From Cellvibrionales bacterium (GTDB taxonomy: Bacteria > Pseudomonadota > Gammaproteobacteria > Pseudomonadales > GM7GCV1): a DNA stretch of 64,000 nt. A program made the translations under genes and the position numbers. Location: NCBI GenBank assembly GCA_014323765.1, contig JACONM010000012.1, positions 12,814-76,813 of the forward strand, in the 5' to 3' direction. Shown here piece after piece: positions 52,755 to 63,233 of this stretch. The notes beneath the pieces were generated by a model. The model saw only the letters and a program-made list of their open reading frames with translations. It did no database searches and was not told where the DNA came from. How positions within the stretch are numbered: the stretch's first letter is position 1; each line of letters starts with the position of its first letter.

Positions 52755-53531
52755 ATGCCCCATCCCCCCGATTATCAACACATTCTGACCGATCTATCCG
52801 GCGGAATTTTAAGCCTAACCCTGAACCGCCCCGACCGCAAAAACGCCCTAAATCTCGGCATGTACGCGGCCCTAGCCGAGCAACTATCGACCGCCCAAGA
52901 ACAAGGTGCCAGAGTCATCCTCATCCAAGGCACCGCCGGCTGCTTCACCAGCGGCAACGATCTCGCCGATTTCGCCGCCGACACCCCGCTAGACGAAAAC
53001 CACCCCGGCACCATTTTCATGCACCGCCTACTCGCCTGCCCGCTCCCCATCATCGCCGCCGTCGAGGGCCTCGCCATCGGCATCGGCACCACCATGCTGC
53101 TCCACTGCGACCTAATCTACGCCCACCCCCAAACCCGCTTCAAACTCCCCTTCGTCAGCCTCGGCCTAGTCCCCGAATTCGCCGCCTCCCACCTGCTACC
53201 ACTCCAAGTCGGCCACCGCAAAGCCTGCGAATGGCTACTATTAGCCGATTTTTTCTCCGCCGCTGAAGCACTCGATGCCGGCCTACTCAACGCCGTAATC
53301 GAAGCCCCCGCAGAACTAGCCCAAAAACAAGCCCAAAAAATGGCCGCCCTCCCCCCCGCTGCCCTACGCACCTCCAAATCCCTAATCAAAGCCGCCCAGC
53401 ACAAGGCCACCAAGCAAGCAATGCAAGCAGAATCCCCAGCCCTAAACCAAGCCCTAAAAGCCCCCGAATTCGCCGAAGCAATAACCGCCTTCAAACAAAA
53501 ACGCCCCCCAAATTTCTCAACATTCAACTAA
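52755..53531 (+). CDS. Enoyl-CoA hydratase/isomerase (crotonase) family protein
   Basis: LTLNRPDRKNALN...FTSGNDLADF...PIIAAVEGLAIGIGTTMLLHCDLIYA. Confidence 0.88.
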   Translation: MPHPPDYQHILTDLSGGILSLTLNRPDRKNALNLGMYAALAEQLSTAQEQGARVILIQGTAGCFTSGNDLADFAADTPLDENHPGTIFMHRLLACPLPIIAAVEGLAIGIGTTMLLHCDLIYAHPQTRFKLPFVSLGLVPEFAASHLLPLQVGHRKACEWLLLADFFSAAEALDAGLLNAVIEAPAELAQKQAQKMAALPPAALRTSKSLIKAAQHKATKQAMQAESPALNQALKAPEFAEAITAFKQKRPPNFSTFN

Positions 53532-53647
53532 GCCCCCGGCAATAAGTCGCGAAGCGGGGGCTTGCCGCCTACTGCTTGACCCGCTCGCTCCGCTTAGGGC
53601 AGGGCGGGGGTCTCTTGGCGATCGGTAATCTGGGAAGGAGCGGCGGC

Positions 53648-54775
53648 TTAGGGGCGGTAATTGGGCGGTTCCTTGGCGACTTTGGCGCGGGTGAGCATGT
53701 CTTGGGCGGGTGGGGCGAACATGGTGTAGGGGAAGGTCGGATGCGGGCGGCTGACCTCTTCCAGTTTGGCGGACCATTCCGCCGGTAGCTGAACATCGAG
53801 GGCGGCCATGTTGCTTTCCAGCTGCGCTTGGCTGGAGGCACCGATGATGGTGGAGGCCACGCCGGGGCGGTTGCAAACCCAGTTTAGCGCGATCTGTGCG
53901 GGGGGCACACCAGTGGCTTTGGCGACCTCCTGCAGCGTGTCCAAAATCCGCCAGTCGCGCTCGCCGAATTGGTACCAGCTTTGCTTGCTCAGGCGGCCTT
54001 CGGTCTTCTCATCGGCGATGGATTCGCGGCTGTATTTGCCGGTTAGAAACCCTGCGGCCAGCGGGCTCCATGGGGTGATGCCGGCTCCGAGTTCCAGCGC
54101 GGCGGGCACATGTTCGCGCTCGATGCTGCGCTCGGTCAGGGAGTATTGCAGCTGCAGGGCGATGACCCGCGGCATGCCGCGCAATTCGGCCAAGGTTTGC
54201 GCCCGGGCGAAATACCAGGCGGGCACATCGCTCAGGCCGAAGTAGCGCACTTTGCCGGCCTTTATCAGGGCTTCCATGGTTTCCATGAGCTCTTCGATGG
54301 GGGTGAGCATGTCCCAGAAGTGGAGCCAATAGAGGTCGAGGTAGTCGGTTTGCAGGCGTTTGAGGGATTTTTCCAACGCCTGATAGATGCACTTGCGCCC
54401 GTTGCCGGCTGCGTTGGGGTTGCCGGGGTCGGTGTTGATGCTGAATTTGGAGGCCAGCACCACTCGGTCGCGGCTGTTTGAGGCGGCGATAAATTTGCCG
54501 AGCAATTCTTCGCTGTCGCCGCCGGTGTAGACATCGGCGGTGTCGATAAAATTGCCGCCAGCGGCGAGGAAGCAGTCGAAAATGCGCCGCGATTCGGCGG
54601 CCTTGCTGCCCCAGTCGGCACGGGCGATGGCCGGACCCATCTTGGTGGCATCGCCGAAGGTCATGGCCCCTAGGCAAAGCCGAGATACCCGCAAGCCGCT
54701 GCGGCCTAGCAGAACGTAATGGGCTAGGGAGGAGTCGGTAGGCGCGGATTGGCTAGGTTGGCTAGATTCGTTCAT
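53648..54775 (-). CDS. Aldo/keto reductase
   Basis: LGRSGLRVSRLCLGAMTFG...GGNFIDTADVYTGGDSEELLG...YLDLYWLHFWD...KVRYFGLSD. Confidence 0.9.
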   Translation of the reverse strand: MNESSQPSQSAPTDSSLAHYVLLGRSGLRVSRLCLGAMTFGDATKMGPAIARADWGSKAAESRRIFDCFLAAGGNFIDTADVYTGGDSEELLGKFIAASNSRDRVVLASKFSINTDPGNPNAAGNGRKCIYQALEKSLKRLQTDYLDLYWLHFWDMLTPIEELMETMEALIKAGKVRYFGLSDVPAWYFARAQTLAELRGMPRVIALQLQYSLTERSIEREHVPAALELGAGITPWSPLAAGFLTGKYSRESIADEKTEGRLSKQSWYQFGERDWRILDTLQEVAKATGVPPAQIALNWVCNRPGVASTIIGASSQAQLESNMAALDVQLPAEWSAKLEEVSRPHPTFPYTMFAPPAQDMLTRAKVAKEPPNYRP

Positions 54776-54834
54776 CGGTTTTCCTCAGGTTGATTTTAGG
54801 CGGGTGAAAACGTGGAGAAAATGGAGAAATTGCA

Positions 54835-55608
54835 TCAGCGCGCCGTCCAGGCACCGTCCAGCACCAGAGTCTGCGCGCTCACATTGCGCGCCGCATCGCT
54901 CAATAGGAAGCCTAGCGCACCGCAGACCTCATCGGTGGAGATAAAGCATTTTTTTGGCATGGGGGCCAGCATGATCTGATCGATAACGTCTTCTTCGGCC
55001 ATACCGTGGGTGCGCGCTTGCTCGGCGATCTGCTGTTTCACCAGCGCGGTTTTCAAGTAGGCGGGGCAGAGGGTGTTGATCGTGATGTCCTGCTCGGCGA
55101 CCTCTAAGGCGACTGTTTTGGCAAAGCCAAGCAGCCCGTGTTTGGCGGCGACATAGGCACTTTTATAGGGCGAGGCGACTAGGCTGTGAATGGAGCCGAT
55201 GTTGACGATGCGCCCATATCCTGCGGCGCGCATTAGCGGCAGGCAGGCGCGGGTTAGCATGGCCGGGCCCACCAGCATTACCGCGATGATGTGTTGCCAC
55301 ATGTCCACCGGAAAGTCTTCCAGCCGGGCGACGTGCTGGAGGCCAGCGTTGTTGAGCAAAATATCCACCCGCCCGGTCGCCGCCTCTATGGCGGTCACCG
55401 CCGCTTCGATGTCGCGCTGTGAGCTAAGATCGAGGCGCAGCGGCACCAGGCGTGGGTCATCGCCGGCTATTTGCCGGGCGGCCTGTTGGGCGGCGGCCAC
55501 ATCCAGATCGGAGAGCCAAACTTGGCAACCCTGTTGATACAGATACTCGGCCAGCGCAAACCCAAGGCCGCGTGCCGCACCGGTGATTAGGGCTGTTTTG
55601 GGTTGCAT
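54835..55608 (-). CDS. SDR family oxidoreductase (3-hydroxybutyrate-dehydrogenase-like)
   Basis: Track ORF trimmed to ATG 55608 (MQPKTALITGAARGLGFA). NNAG motif and catalytic YxxxK (YVAAKHG). Confidence 0.85.
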   Translation of the reverse strand: MQPKTALITGAARGLGFALAEYLYQQGCQVWLSDLDVAAAQQAARQIAGDDPRLVPLRLDLSSQRDIEAAVTAIEAATGRVDILLNNAGLQHVARLEDFPVDMWQHIIAVMLVGPAMLTRACLPLMRAAGYGRIVNIGSIHSLVASPYKSAYVAAKHGLLGFAKTVALEVAEQDITINTLCPAYLKTALVKQQIAEQARTHGMAEEDVIDQIMLAPMPKKCFISTDEVCGALGFLLSDAARNVSAQTLVLDGAWTAR

Positions 55609-55826
55609 GGGGGTGGGGCAGGGCGGAGGAGGTTGGGAAGGGAAAAATGAGGAGCCGTTCATTATAGACTGCGGCGGCGGTTGCATGGTGCTTCTGGACC
55701 TGCCCGCCGGCCATGTGCAAAAAATGCTCAGTCGGGCATAATCGCCGCTGCAAAACAAGGGGCAGGGCAGGGGGGCATAAAACCGCCTGTTAGCTTAGAT
55801 ATTTGCTCAGGCAAGAACGGAGAACC

Positions 55827-56708
55827 ATGCAGCAATTTCAGCGAGTCGGCATACTCGGCTTCGTCGACCGCGCCTCGGTGCGCAGCACTGTGTTGCGGCT
55901 GGTCGAACTGCTGGCGACCGGCGATCGAGTCGTCTATTTGGAAGAGGGTGCGCTGCGGGCGGAGTGCGCCGGCACGGCTGGGGTGCATCATTGCCCGCGG
56001 GCGGCACTCGGGGCGCACTGCGACTTGGTGATCGTGGTTGGCGGCGATGGCAGCCTGCTGCATGCGGCGCGGGATCTGGTGGAGTTCGGTGTGCCTATTC
56101 TGGGGGTGAATCGCGGGCGATTAGGGTTTCTGGCCGATATTCACCCGGAACAGGGGCTGCCAGAGAGCATCGGCGCGGTGTTGGCCGGTCGGCATGTGCG
56201 CACCGAGCGTTCCATGCTGGTGGCGGAAATCCACCGCAATGGGCAGCCGGTCGATAGCGGCACGGCCCTGAACGATGTGGTCTTGCAGGCCAACGGCTCG
56301 ATTCGCATGCTGGAGTTTCGGCTGCGCATCGATGGCCAGTTCGTATGCCGCCAACGCTCTGATGGCATGATTATTTCCACTCCCACCGGCTCGACCGCCT
56401 ATGCGCTTTCCGGCGGCGGTTCCATCGTCCATCCGGCCCTCGATGCCATTAACTTGGTGCCGATCAACCCGCACACCCTGAGCGGGCGCCCCATGCTGGT
56501 GGGGCCGGAGTCCCGCTTGGAGGTGCAGGTGCTGGACAGCAATGCGGTGGAGGCGTTGGTGGTCTGCGATGGGCAAAATCATCTGGATGTGCGGCTTGGC
56601 GACAGCGTGCAGATCCGGCGTTTTCCGAAAAAGCTGCTGCTGTTGCACCCGGAGAAACATGATTTTTACGCCGCCTGCCGCTCCAAACTCGGCTGGGCGA
56701 GCGACTGA
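55827..56708 (+). CDS. nadK: NAD(+) kinase
   Basis: Track ORF trimmed to ATG 55827. DLVIVVGGDGSLLHAAR...GVNRGRLGFLADI...DGMIISTPTGSTAYALSGGGSIVHP. Confidence 0.92.
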   Translation: MQQFQRVGILGFVDRASVRSTVLRLVELLATGDRVVYLEEGALRAECAGTAGVHHCPRAALGAHCDLVIVVGGDGSLLHAARDLVEFGVPILGVNRGRLGFLADIHPEQGLPESIGAVLAGRHVRTERSMLVAEIHRNGQPVDSGTALNDVVLQANGSIRMLEFRLRIDGQFVCRQRSDGMIISTPTGSTAYALSGGGSIVHPALDAINLVPINPHTLSGRPMLVGPESRLEVQVLDSNAVEALVVCDGQNHLDVRLGDSVQIRRFPKKLLLLHPEKHDFYAACRSKLGWASD

Positions 56709-56713
56709 TCGCC

Positions 56714-57565
56714 GTGGCTGGGGATGAGCGCGGTGGAGATTATGTGGCCGGTGCCTTTCCCGTGTGCGCCGATCTGCGGGCGGTGGCGCAACATCTGCAT
56801 GCGTTGGATATTCCGCACCGTTTTGTGTTGAGCGGGGTCGAGCAGCGGCTTATTTTGGAACGTGAGGCCGATTGCGCCGCGACCGAACAGTTGTTGGCGC
56901 ACTGGCGGGCTGGAGAATTGGAATGCCCGGCCCTGCAAGCGGCCCCGCCGTCCCGCAGTTGGCGACCATCGCCCCGCCCGGCCCCGCTGACCCTGTCCAT
57001 CATATTTTTAAGTTGCGTCGGTTTCGGCTTGGCGGCGAGCGGTGCCGCCTTTATCGAGCCTTTCGTGTTTGCGAGCGGCGGAGGATCGTCCCCCTGGCGC
57101 GATATTCTGGCTGGCCAATTTTGGCGGCTGCTCAGCCCGATCTTCTTGCATTTTGGCCCCATTCACCTGCTGTTCAACGCGCTCTGGTTTTGGTATCTGG
57201 GCACCTTGGTCGAGCGCGGGCAGGGTAGGGCGCATTTGCTGTTGGCGGTGGGGCTGATCGGGGTGCTGAGCAATGCGGCGCAGGCTTGGGTGAGCGGGCC
57301 GGTGGTTTTTGGTGGGCTGTCCGGGGTGGTCTATGGCTTGGTGGCCTATGTTTGGGCCTATGGTCGCTTGCGACCGGGGTCGCCGGTCGCTTTGCCGGAC
57401 GGGTTTTTTATCGCCATCACGGCGCTCATGCTCGTTAGCGTTACCGGGCTGTTCGATATTATTGTCGGCGCGGAGATTGCCGACACGGCGCATATTTCGG
57501 GCTATCTGACCGGTTTAGTCCTGGCTCTAGCGGTGCAAGCCGCCGACCGCTGGGCAGCAAAATGA
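56714..57565 (+). CDS. Rhomboid family intramembrane serine protease (GlpG-like)
   Basis: Cytoplasmic GlpG-like N-domain followed by 6 TM helices. Catalytic GLSGVVYGL and HISGYLTG. The start could be GTG 56744. Confidence 0.82.
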   Translation: MAGDERGGDYVAGAFPVCADLRAVAQHLHALDIPHRFVLSGVEQRLILEREADCAATEQLLAHWRAGELECPALQAAPPSRSWRPSPRPAPLTLSIIFLSCVGFGLAASGAAFIEPFVFASGGGSSPWRDILAGQFWRLLSPIFLHFGPIHLLFNALWFWYLGTLVERGQGRAHLLLAVGLIGVLSNAAQAWVSGPVVFGGLSGVVYGLVAYVWAYGRLRPGSPVALPDGFFIAITALMLVSVTGLFDIIVGAEIADTAHISGYLTGLVLALAVQAADRWAAK

Positions 57566-57819
57566 AACTGGATTGCCTGCTCGACAGCATGAATGCCGAG
57601 CTCCGCGCTCGCTTGCAACGGGCGGTGGAGACCGGCAAATGGGACAACGGCTTGCCGCTAAGCACCGAGCAGCGCGAGCAGGCGATGCAGCTATTGATCG
57701 CCTACGATCGCCGTCATAAAAGCGGAAATCCGCGCATTGGCCCTATTGTTGCCAGGCCGGCCCAATGCGGCAGCACTGCCGCGGCGGACGCAATGCAGCC
57801 CCTCTCCATTCAGGATTAA
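57562..57819 (+). CDS. DUF1315 (YeaC-like) protein
   Basis: 85 aa. LLDSMNAELRARLQRAVETGKWDNGLPLSTEQREQAMQLLIAY. Start overlaps the rhomboid stop. Confidence 0.7.
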   Translation: MKLDCLLDSMNAELRARLQRAVETGKWDNGLPLSTEQREQAMQLLIAYDRRHKSGNPRIGPIVARPAQCGSTAAADAMQPLSIQD

Positions 57820-57823
57820 ACCG

Positions 57824-58849
57824 TTGTCTCGCTTGGCAACTCTACGGCGCAGCCTGCTGGCTGGCCTGTTGGCCGCGGCGGTCGGGTGCAGCGGCGGTCT
57901 TAGGCAATACGATCTGCACGGTGCCAGCATGGGCACCAGCTGGCGAGTCACAGTGCTGACCGAGCCGGGCACGGCGGAGCCTTTGCAGGCGGCGCAGGTG
58001 CAGGCGATTCTCGATAGAATCGAGCAGCGCATGTCCAACTGGCGAGCCGATTCGGAAATCAGCCGCTTTAACCGCCACCCGGCTGGTTGCATGGCGGTTT
58101 CAGTGCCCACCCGTGAAGTGGTACGCGCCAGTCTGGATTTGAGTGAACGCAGCGGCGGCTATTTCGACCCGACCTTGTCTGCGCTCATCGACCTCTGGGG
58201 TTTTGGCGTGGATGCCGCCCCGCCTGCGCCGCCCGCCGAGCCGCTATTGCAGCGGCTGCGCGCCCAGAGCGGTTATCGCAACATTGCTTTGCGCGGCGAG
58301 CGGCTGTGCAAAGCGCAGGGTCCAGTTGCGCTCAATCTGTCGGCCATTGCCAAAGGGTATGCGGTGGACCGGGTGGCCGCGGCCCTGCGGCAACTTGGTT
58401 ACCGGCGCTTTCTGGTCGAGGTCGGCGGCGAGCTATATGGGCAGGGGCGCAATGGCCGCGGCGAGCCGTGGCAAATCGGCATCGAGCAGCCGCAAGCGAG
58501 GCTGGGGCGCAACCTGTTGGCCACGGTCCGCCTAGATGGGCGCGGCGTTGCCACCTCCGGCGATTACCGCAATTATTACGAGCTAGATGGCAAGCGGTAC
58601 AGCCACCTTATCGACCCGCTCAGCGGTCGCCCGGTGCGCCATCAGGCGGCGGCGGTCACCGTGCTGCATGCGAGCACCATGCTCGCTGATGGCTGGGCCA
58701 CTGCGTTATTGGTCGCCGGCCCCGAAAAGGGGCGCGAGCTGGCCCAGCGCGAGAACCTAGCTGCCCTGATGGCGGTGCGCGATGGCGACGGGTTTGCGGT
58801 CTGGAAAAGCCCGGCCTGGCCGCCGGCTGAGCCTGCGCCGACAAACTGA
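57824..58849 (+). CDS. apbE: FAD:protein FMN transferase (ApbE family lipoprotein)
   Basis: Track ORF 57737..58849 overlaps the upstream gene. Likely TTG start at 57824, giving LSRLATLRRSLLAGLLAAAVGCSG (lipobox). GASMGTSWRVTV...AIAKGYAVD...TSGDYRNY...YSHLIDP...ADGWATA. Confidence 0.85.
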   Translation: MSRLATLRRSLLAGLLAAAVGCSGGLRQYDLHGASMGTSWRVTVLTEPGTAEPLQAAQVQAILDRIEQRMSNWRADSEISRFNRHPAGCMAVSVPTREVVRASLDLSERSGGYFDPTLSALIDLWGFGVDAAPPAPPAEPLLQRLRAQSGYRNIALRGERLCKAQGPVALNLSAIAKGYAVDRVAAALRQLGYRRFLVEVGGELYGQGRNGRGEPWQIGIEQPQARLGRNLLATVRLDGRGVATSGDYRNYYELDGKRYSHLIDPLSGRPVRHQAAAVTVLHASTMLADGWATALLVAGPEKGRELAQRENLAALMAVRDGDGFAVWKSPAWPPAEPAPTN

Positions 58850-58900
58850 ACGGCAATCGGCTAGACTCGCCCGTTCATTGCCGCCGCCTGTTTTTCGATA

Positions 58901-61564
58901 ATGCGCCGCCATAGCCCGCCCCAGACCATCCGCCTAGCCGATTATCGACCGCCGCCTTTTTTCATCCGCCAGACGCGCCTGTGGGTCGACCTGCATGCAA
59001 GCCGCACCCGGGTCCGCGCCCGGCTCGATCTGGAGCGCAACCCAGACCCGGCGGCCCCCGCCGCCTCCGATCTGCGGTTAGATGCGGAGGATTTGCGGCT
59101 GTGCTCGGTGGCAGTGGATGGCCGCACGTTGCAAGCTAGGCGGGATTATCAGTACGCCGAAGATGGGCTGAAAATTTTCACGGTCGGCGAGCGGTTGCAA
59201 TTAGAGACCGTAGTAGAAATCTGCCCGCAGGAGAATCGCTCGCTCATGGGGCTGTACCGCTCGCGCCAGCTGCTCTGCACCCAATGCGAGGCCGAAGGCT
59301 TCCGCCGCATCACCCCCTACCTCGACCGCCCGGATGTGCTGAGCCGTTTTACCACCACCTTGACCGCCGACCGCAGCGCCTATCCGCTGTTGTTGGCCGG
59401 CGGTAACATGCTGGAAGCGGTCGAACAGGAGGATGGTCGCCATTCGGTGACCTGGCAAGACCCCTTCCCCAAACCCGCCTATCTGTTCGCTCTAGTGGCT
59501 GGCGACCTCGCCTGCTTGGAAGACCGCTTCACCACCCGCTCCGGCCGCGAGGTCGCGCTGCGCATTTTTGCCGAGGAGAAAGACCTAGAGAAATGCGGGC
59601 ATGCCATGCGCTCCCTCCAAGCGGCCATGCGCTGGGATGAGCAAACTTACGGGCGCGAATACGACCTCGACACTTTCATGATCGTCGCCGTGGACGACTT
59701 CAACATGGGCGCGATGGAAAACAAGGGGCTGAACATTTTCAACACCGCCGCGCTGCTGGCACACCCGCGGACCACCACCGATACGCGCTTTCAATGGGTG
59801 GAGGCGGTGGTGGCGCACGAGTATTTTCACAACTGGTCGGGCAACCGCGTCACCTGCCGCGACTGGTTTCAGCTGAGCCTAAAAGAGGGCTTTACCGTCT
59901 TCCGCGACAGTGAATTTTCCGCCGCCATGAACTGCCGCACGGTCAAGCGCGTGGAAGATGTGCGCACCCTGCGCGATCGCCAATTTGCCGAGGATGCCGG
60001 CCCGCTGGCGCACCCAGTGCAGCCGGATTCCTACATGGAAATCAATAACTTCTACACCCTGACCGTCTATGAAAAGGGCGCAGAAGTGGTGCGCATGCAG
60101 GCCAATTTGCTGGGGGCCGAACAGTTCCGCAAGGGCACCGATCTGTACTTCGACCGTCACGATGGGCAGGCGGCGACCATCGAAGATTTTCTCGCCTGCA
60201 TGCAAGAGGTCTCCGGGTTGGATTTGACGCAATTCAAACGCTGGTACAAGCAAGCCGGCACCCCGCTGGTACAGGCGAGCGGTCGTTACGACCCCCGCGC
60301 CCGCACTTATACCCTCGAACTGGCGCAACAGTGCCCGCCCACGCCGGAATGCGCCGCTAAAAAGCCCTTTTTGATCCCTATCCGCATGGGGCTGCTTGGG
60401 CGCACTGGTCCGCTGCCGCTGCACTGTACGGCAGCCGGGCTGAGTGGCGCGACAGAGGGCATGCTGCATCTAAATAAACGCACCCAAACCTTTGTTTTTA
60501 CTAACATCGATGAGCCACCCGTGCCCTCGCTGTTGCGCGGATTTTCCGCCCCGGTGCGCCTGCACTTTGCTTATCAGCCCCAAGAACTGGCGCATTTGGC
60601 GCACCAAGACAGCGATGGCTTCAACCGCTGGGATGCCATGCAACAGCTGTTTGTGCGGGAAATTCAGGCGCAGCAGCAGGCGATCGAACAGGGCACTGAG
60701 CGGGCCATTTCAGCCGACTTGGTCGACCTGCTCTCCAGCCTGACCGCGGATGCCAGCCTAGACCCGGCCACGCTCGCGCTGCTGCTCGCCCTGCCCTCGA
60801 TCGACTATTTGGCGGGGCCAGCGTGTTCAGCCGAGTCGGTCGCTCTGGACTCGCTTTGGCCAGCGCGACAAAGCACCCGCCGCCAGCTGGCCGCAGCGTT
60901 GCACGCCCCATGCAAGCGGCTGTATCAGCAAAACCAGTCGCCGCAACCCTACGCGCCCGAGGCCGCGCAAATTGGCCAGCGTAGCCTAAAAAACACCGCC
61001 CTAAATTACTGGGTGCAGAGCGGCGACGAGACGGCCATTGCCGCCTGCGAGCAGCAGTTTGCCGCGGCGGACAATATGACCGACCAGCTCGCCGCGCTCA
61101 GTGCTCTAGTCAATGCGCCCGATGCGCCGCAGGCGGCGGAGGATGCGCTGGCGCAGTTTCACCGACAGTGGCAGCACGAAGCCTTGGTGGTCAACAGCTG
61201 GTTCCATATTCAGGCAGCCGCCGAGTCACCGGGCGGCTTGGCGCGGGTGCCGGCATTACTGCAGCACCCGGATTTTGACCGCCACAACCCCAACAAGGCA
61301 ATGGCCCTGCTCGGCGGCTTTTGTACGCTGAATCCGCACAACTTCCACCAGCGCGATGGGGCCGGTTATCGCCTGCTCGCCGATCAGGTGCTGGACATCG
61401 ACCGCTTTAACCCGCAGCTGGCGGCGCGGCTGCTCGACCCTTTAACGCGCTGGCAACGGATGGACAAGGGCAGGGCAGGGCAGATGCGCGCCCAGCTGCG
61501 GCGGATGGGGGAGGCCAGCGGGCTGTCCGCCGACTTGCAAGAAATTCTCATTAAATCGCAGTAA
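58901..61564 (+). CDS. pepN: Aminopeptidase N
   Basis: 887 aa. [25 protein letters not shown] (HExxH), LKEGFTVF. Full-length M1 architecture. Confidence 0.95.
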   Translation: MRRHSPPQTIRLADYRPPPFFIRQTRLWVDLHASRTRVRARLDLERNPDPAAPAASDLRLDAEDLRLCSVAVDGRTLQARRDYQYAEDGLKIFTVGERLQLETVVEICPQENRSLMGLYRSRQLLCTQCEAEGFRRITPYLDRPDVLSRFTTTLTADRSAYPLLLAGGNMLEAVEQEDGRHSVTWQDPFPKPAYLFALVAGDLACLEDRFTTRSGREVALRIFAEEKDLEKCGHAMRSLQAAMRWDEQTYGREYDLDTFMIVAVDDFNMGAMENKGLNIFNTAALLAHPRTTTDTRFQWVEAVVAHEYFHNWSGNRVTCRDWFQLSLKEGFTVFRDSEFSAAMNCRTVKRVEDVRTLRDRQFAEDAGPLAHPVQPDSYMEINNFYTLTVYEKGAEVVRMQANLLGAEQFRKGTDLYFDRHDGQAATIEDFLACMQEVSGLDLTQFKRWYKQAGTPLVQASGRYDPRARTYTLELAQQCPPTPECAAKKPFLIPIRMGLLGRTGPLPLHCTAAGLSGATEGMLHLNKRTQTFVFTNIDEPPVPSLLRGFSAPVRLHFAYQPQELAHLAHQDSDGFNRWDAMQQLFVREIQAQQQAIEQGTERAISADLVDLLSSLTADASLDPATLALLLALPSIDYLAGPACSAESVALDSLWPARQSTRRQLAAALHAPCKRLYQQNQSPQPYAPEAAQIGQRSLKNTALNYWVQSGDETAIAACEQQFAAADNMTDQLAALSALVNAPDAPQAAEDALAQFHRQWQHEALVVNSWFHIQAAAESPGGLARVPALLQHPDFDRHNPNKAMALLGGFCTLNPHNFHQRDGAGYRLLADQVLDIDRFNPQLAARLLDPLTRWQRMDKGRAGQMRAQLRRMGEASGLSADLQEILIKSQ

Positions 61565-61574
61565 CACATTGAAT

Positions 61575-62549
61575 ATGCTAATAAAACGCCGCACCGCCCA
61601 CGAATTGCGTGAATCCGCGGTTACTGCTGAACGGCTATTCCAGCAACGCCGCCGCTTCCTAAAAAATGGGGTCTACGCCGGCGGCATGCTCGCCACGCTA
61701 GGCATGCTGCCCGCCACCGCCTGGGGGTTGGCTGCCCGCTTCGTCGAGCAGATTGGCAGCGCGCCCAACACTGTCGCCATGGATGCGGGCGATGAAGAAC
61801 TCACCAGCTGGGAGGCCATCACCGGCTACAACAATTTTTACGAGCTCGGCACCGGCAAATCCGACCCCAAACGCAACGCCGCCGCGCTGGTAACCGAACC
61901 GTGGTCGGTGCGCGTGGCTGGCGAATGCGGCAAACCGGGCACCTATGCGCTGGAAGATATTCTCCGCCCCCACAAGTTCGAAGAGCGCGTCTACCGGCTG
62001 CGCTGCGTGGAGGCATGGTCGATGGTGATTCCCTGGGTGGGCTTTCCGCTGGCCGATTTGCTGCGGCGGTTTGAACCGCACAGCGCAGCCAAATACGTCG
62101 CTTTTGAAAGCCTCTACGACCCCAAAAACCCCTTGCCTGGCCAGCGTTTCCCGGTGCTGCGTTGGCCTTACCGCGAGGGGCTGCGGATGGACGAGGCCAT
62201 GCACCCGCTGACTTTTATAGCGGTGGGGGTCTACGGCAAACCGCTACCGAACCAGAACGGCGCACCGCTGCGGCTGGTGGTGCCCTGGAAATACGGCTTT
62301 AAGTCGATCAAATCCATCGTCAAAATTAGCTTTGTGCGCGAGCAGCCGCCGACCTCTTGGAATATGTCCGCGCCGCACGAATACGGCTTTTATTCCAATG
62401 TGAATCCAAAAGTCCGCCACCCGCGCTGGAGTCAAGCCCGCGAGCGGCGCATCGGCGAATTTTTCAAGCGCAAAACCCTGCCTTTTAACGGCTACGCCAA
62501 ACAGGTCGCCAGTCTCTATCAAGGCATGGACCTGCAAAAGCACTTTTAG
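61575..62549 (+). CDS. msrP: Protein-methionine-sulfoxide reductase catalytic subunit MsrP (YedY)
   Basis: The track ORF starts at TTG 61569; the ATG is at 61575. Tat signal [16 protein letters not shown]...[19 protein letters not shown]...[21 protein letters not shown]. Confidence 0.9.
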   Translation: MLIKRRTAHELRESAVTAERLFQQRRRFLKNGVYAGGMLATLGMLPATAWGLAARFVEQIGSAPNTVAMDAGDEELTSWEAITGYNNFYELGTGKSDPKRNAAALVTEPWSVRVAGECGKPGTYALEDILRPHKFEERVYRLRCVEAWSMVIPWVGFPLADLLRRFEPHSAAKYVAFESLYDPKNPLPGQRFPVLRWPYREGLRMDEAMHPLTFIAVGVYGKPLPNQNGAPLRLVVPWKYGFKSIKSIVKISFVREQPPTSWNMSAPHEYGFYSNVNPKVRHPRWSQARERRIGEFFKRKTLPFNGYAKQVASLYQGMDLQKHF

Positions 62550-62564
62550 GGCAGGGCAGGGCAG

Positions 62565-63227
62565 ATGCGCTCCAATCCCACCAATGCCACGCTCGCCTGG
62601 CGCATCAAGCCCCTGATTCACGCGCTGGCCCTAGCCCCCTTCGCGCTGCTGGTCTATCGGCTGCTCGGCGGCACTTTGGGCTTTAATCCGGTGGAGGACC
62701 TGACCCGCGAGACTGGCATCTGGTCGCTGCGTTTTCTGCTGCTGTGTCTGGCCATCACCCCGCTGCGCACCCTGACCGGCCTATATTGGCTGACCCGCCT
62801 GCGGCGGATGCTGGGGCTGTATGCGTTTTTCTATGGGCTGTGCCATTTTGTGGTCTATTTTCTGTGGGATCAGAGCTTGGATCTGGCGCGGGTGCTGGAC
62901 GATATTTTGGAACGCCCCTACATCACAGTGGGCGCGGCCGCGCTCGGTTTGATGGTACCACTGGCGGTGACCTCCACCCGCGCGCTACGCCGCCGACTGC
63001 GCCGCCACTGGAACCGGCTGCATCGGCTGATTTACCCGATCGGCGGGCTGGTGTTGCTGCATTATTTCTGGCTCACCCGCGCCGATTATCGCGAGCCGGC
63101 GGTCTATGCGGTCATTTTTGTGCTCTTGCTGGGGTTGCGGTTGGGGTCCATGAGTCGCCGCCGCAGCTGGGCCCCGACTAAGCGGCAGAGGCGGCGGAAT
63201 AGAGTGGTGGGCGATGAGTCGGAATAG
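62565..63227 (+). CDS. msrQ: Protein-methionine-sulfoxide reductase heme-binding subunit MsrQ (YedZ)
   Basis: Ferric-reductase-like TM protein immediately after msrP. LGLYAFFYGLCHFVVY...HRLIYPIGGLVLLHYFW. Confidence 0.88.
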   Translation: MRSNPTNATLAWRIKPLIHALALAPFALLVYRLLGGTLGFNPVEDLTRETGIWSLRFLLLCLAITPLRTLTGLYWLTRLRRMLGLYAFFYGLCHFVVYFLWDQSLDLARVLDDILERPYITVGAAALGLMVPLAVTSTRALRRRLRRHWNRLHRLIYPIGGLVLLHYFWLTRADYREPAVYAVIFVLLLGLRLGSMSRRRSWAPTKRQRRRNRVVGDESE

Positions 63228-63233
63228 GGCGCA

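Noticed and set aside
53531-53570. Hairpin AAGCCCCCG...CGGGGGCTT between the convergent crotonase and aldo/keto reductase genes as a bidirectional terminator
   Set aside because: The 9-bp stem has a loop of about 16 nt and no flanking T/A tract, which is not convincing enough to annotate.
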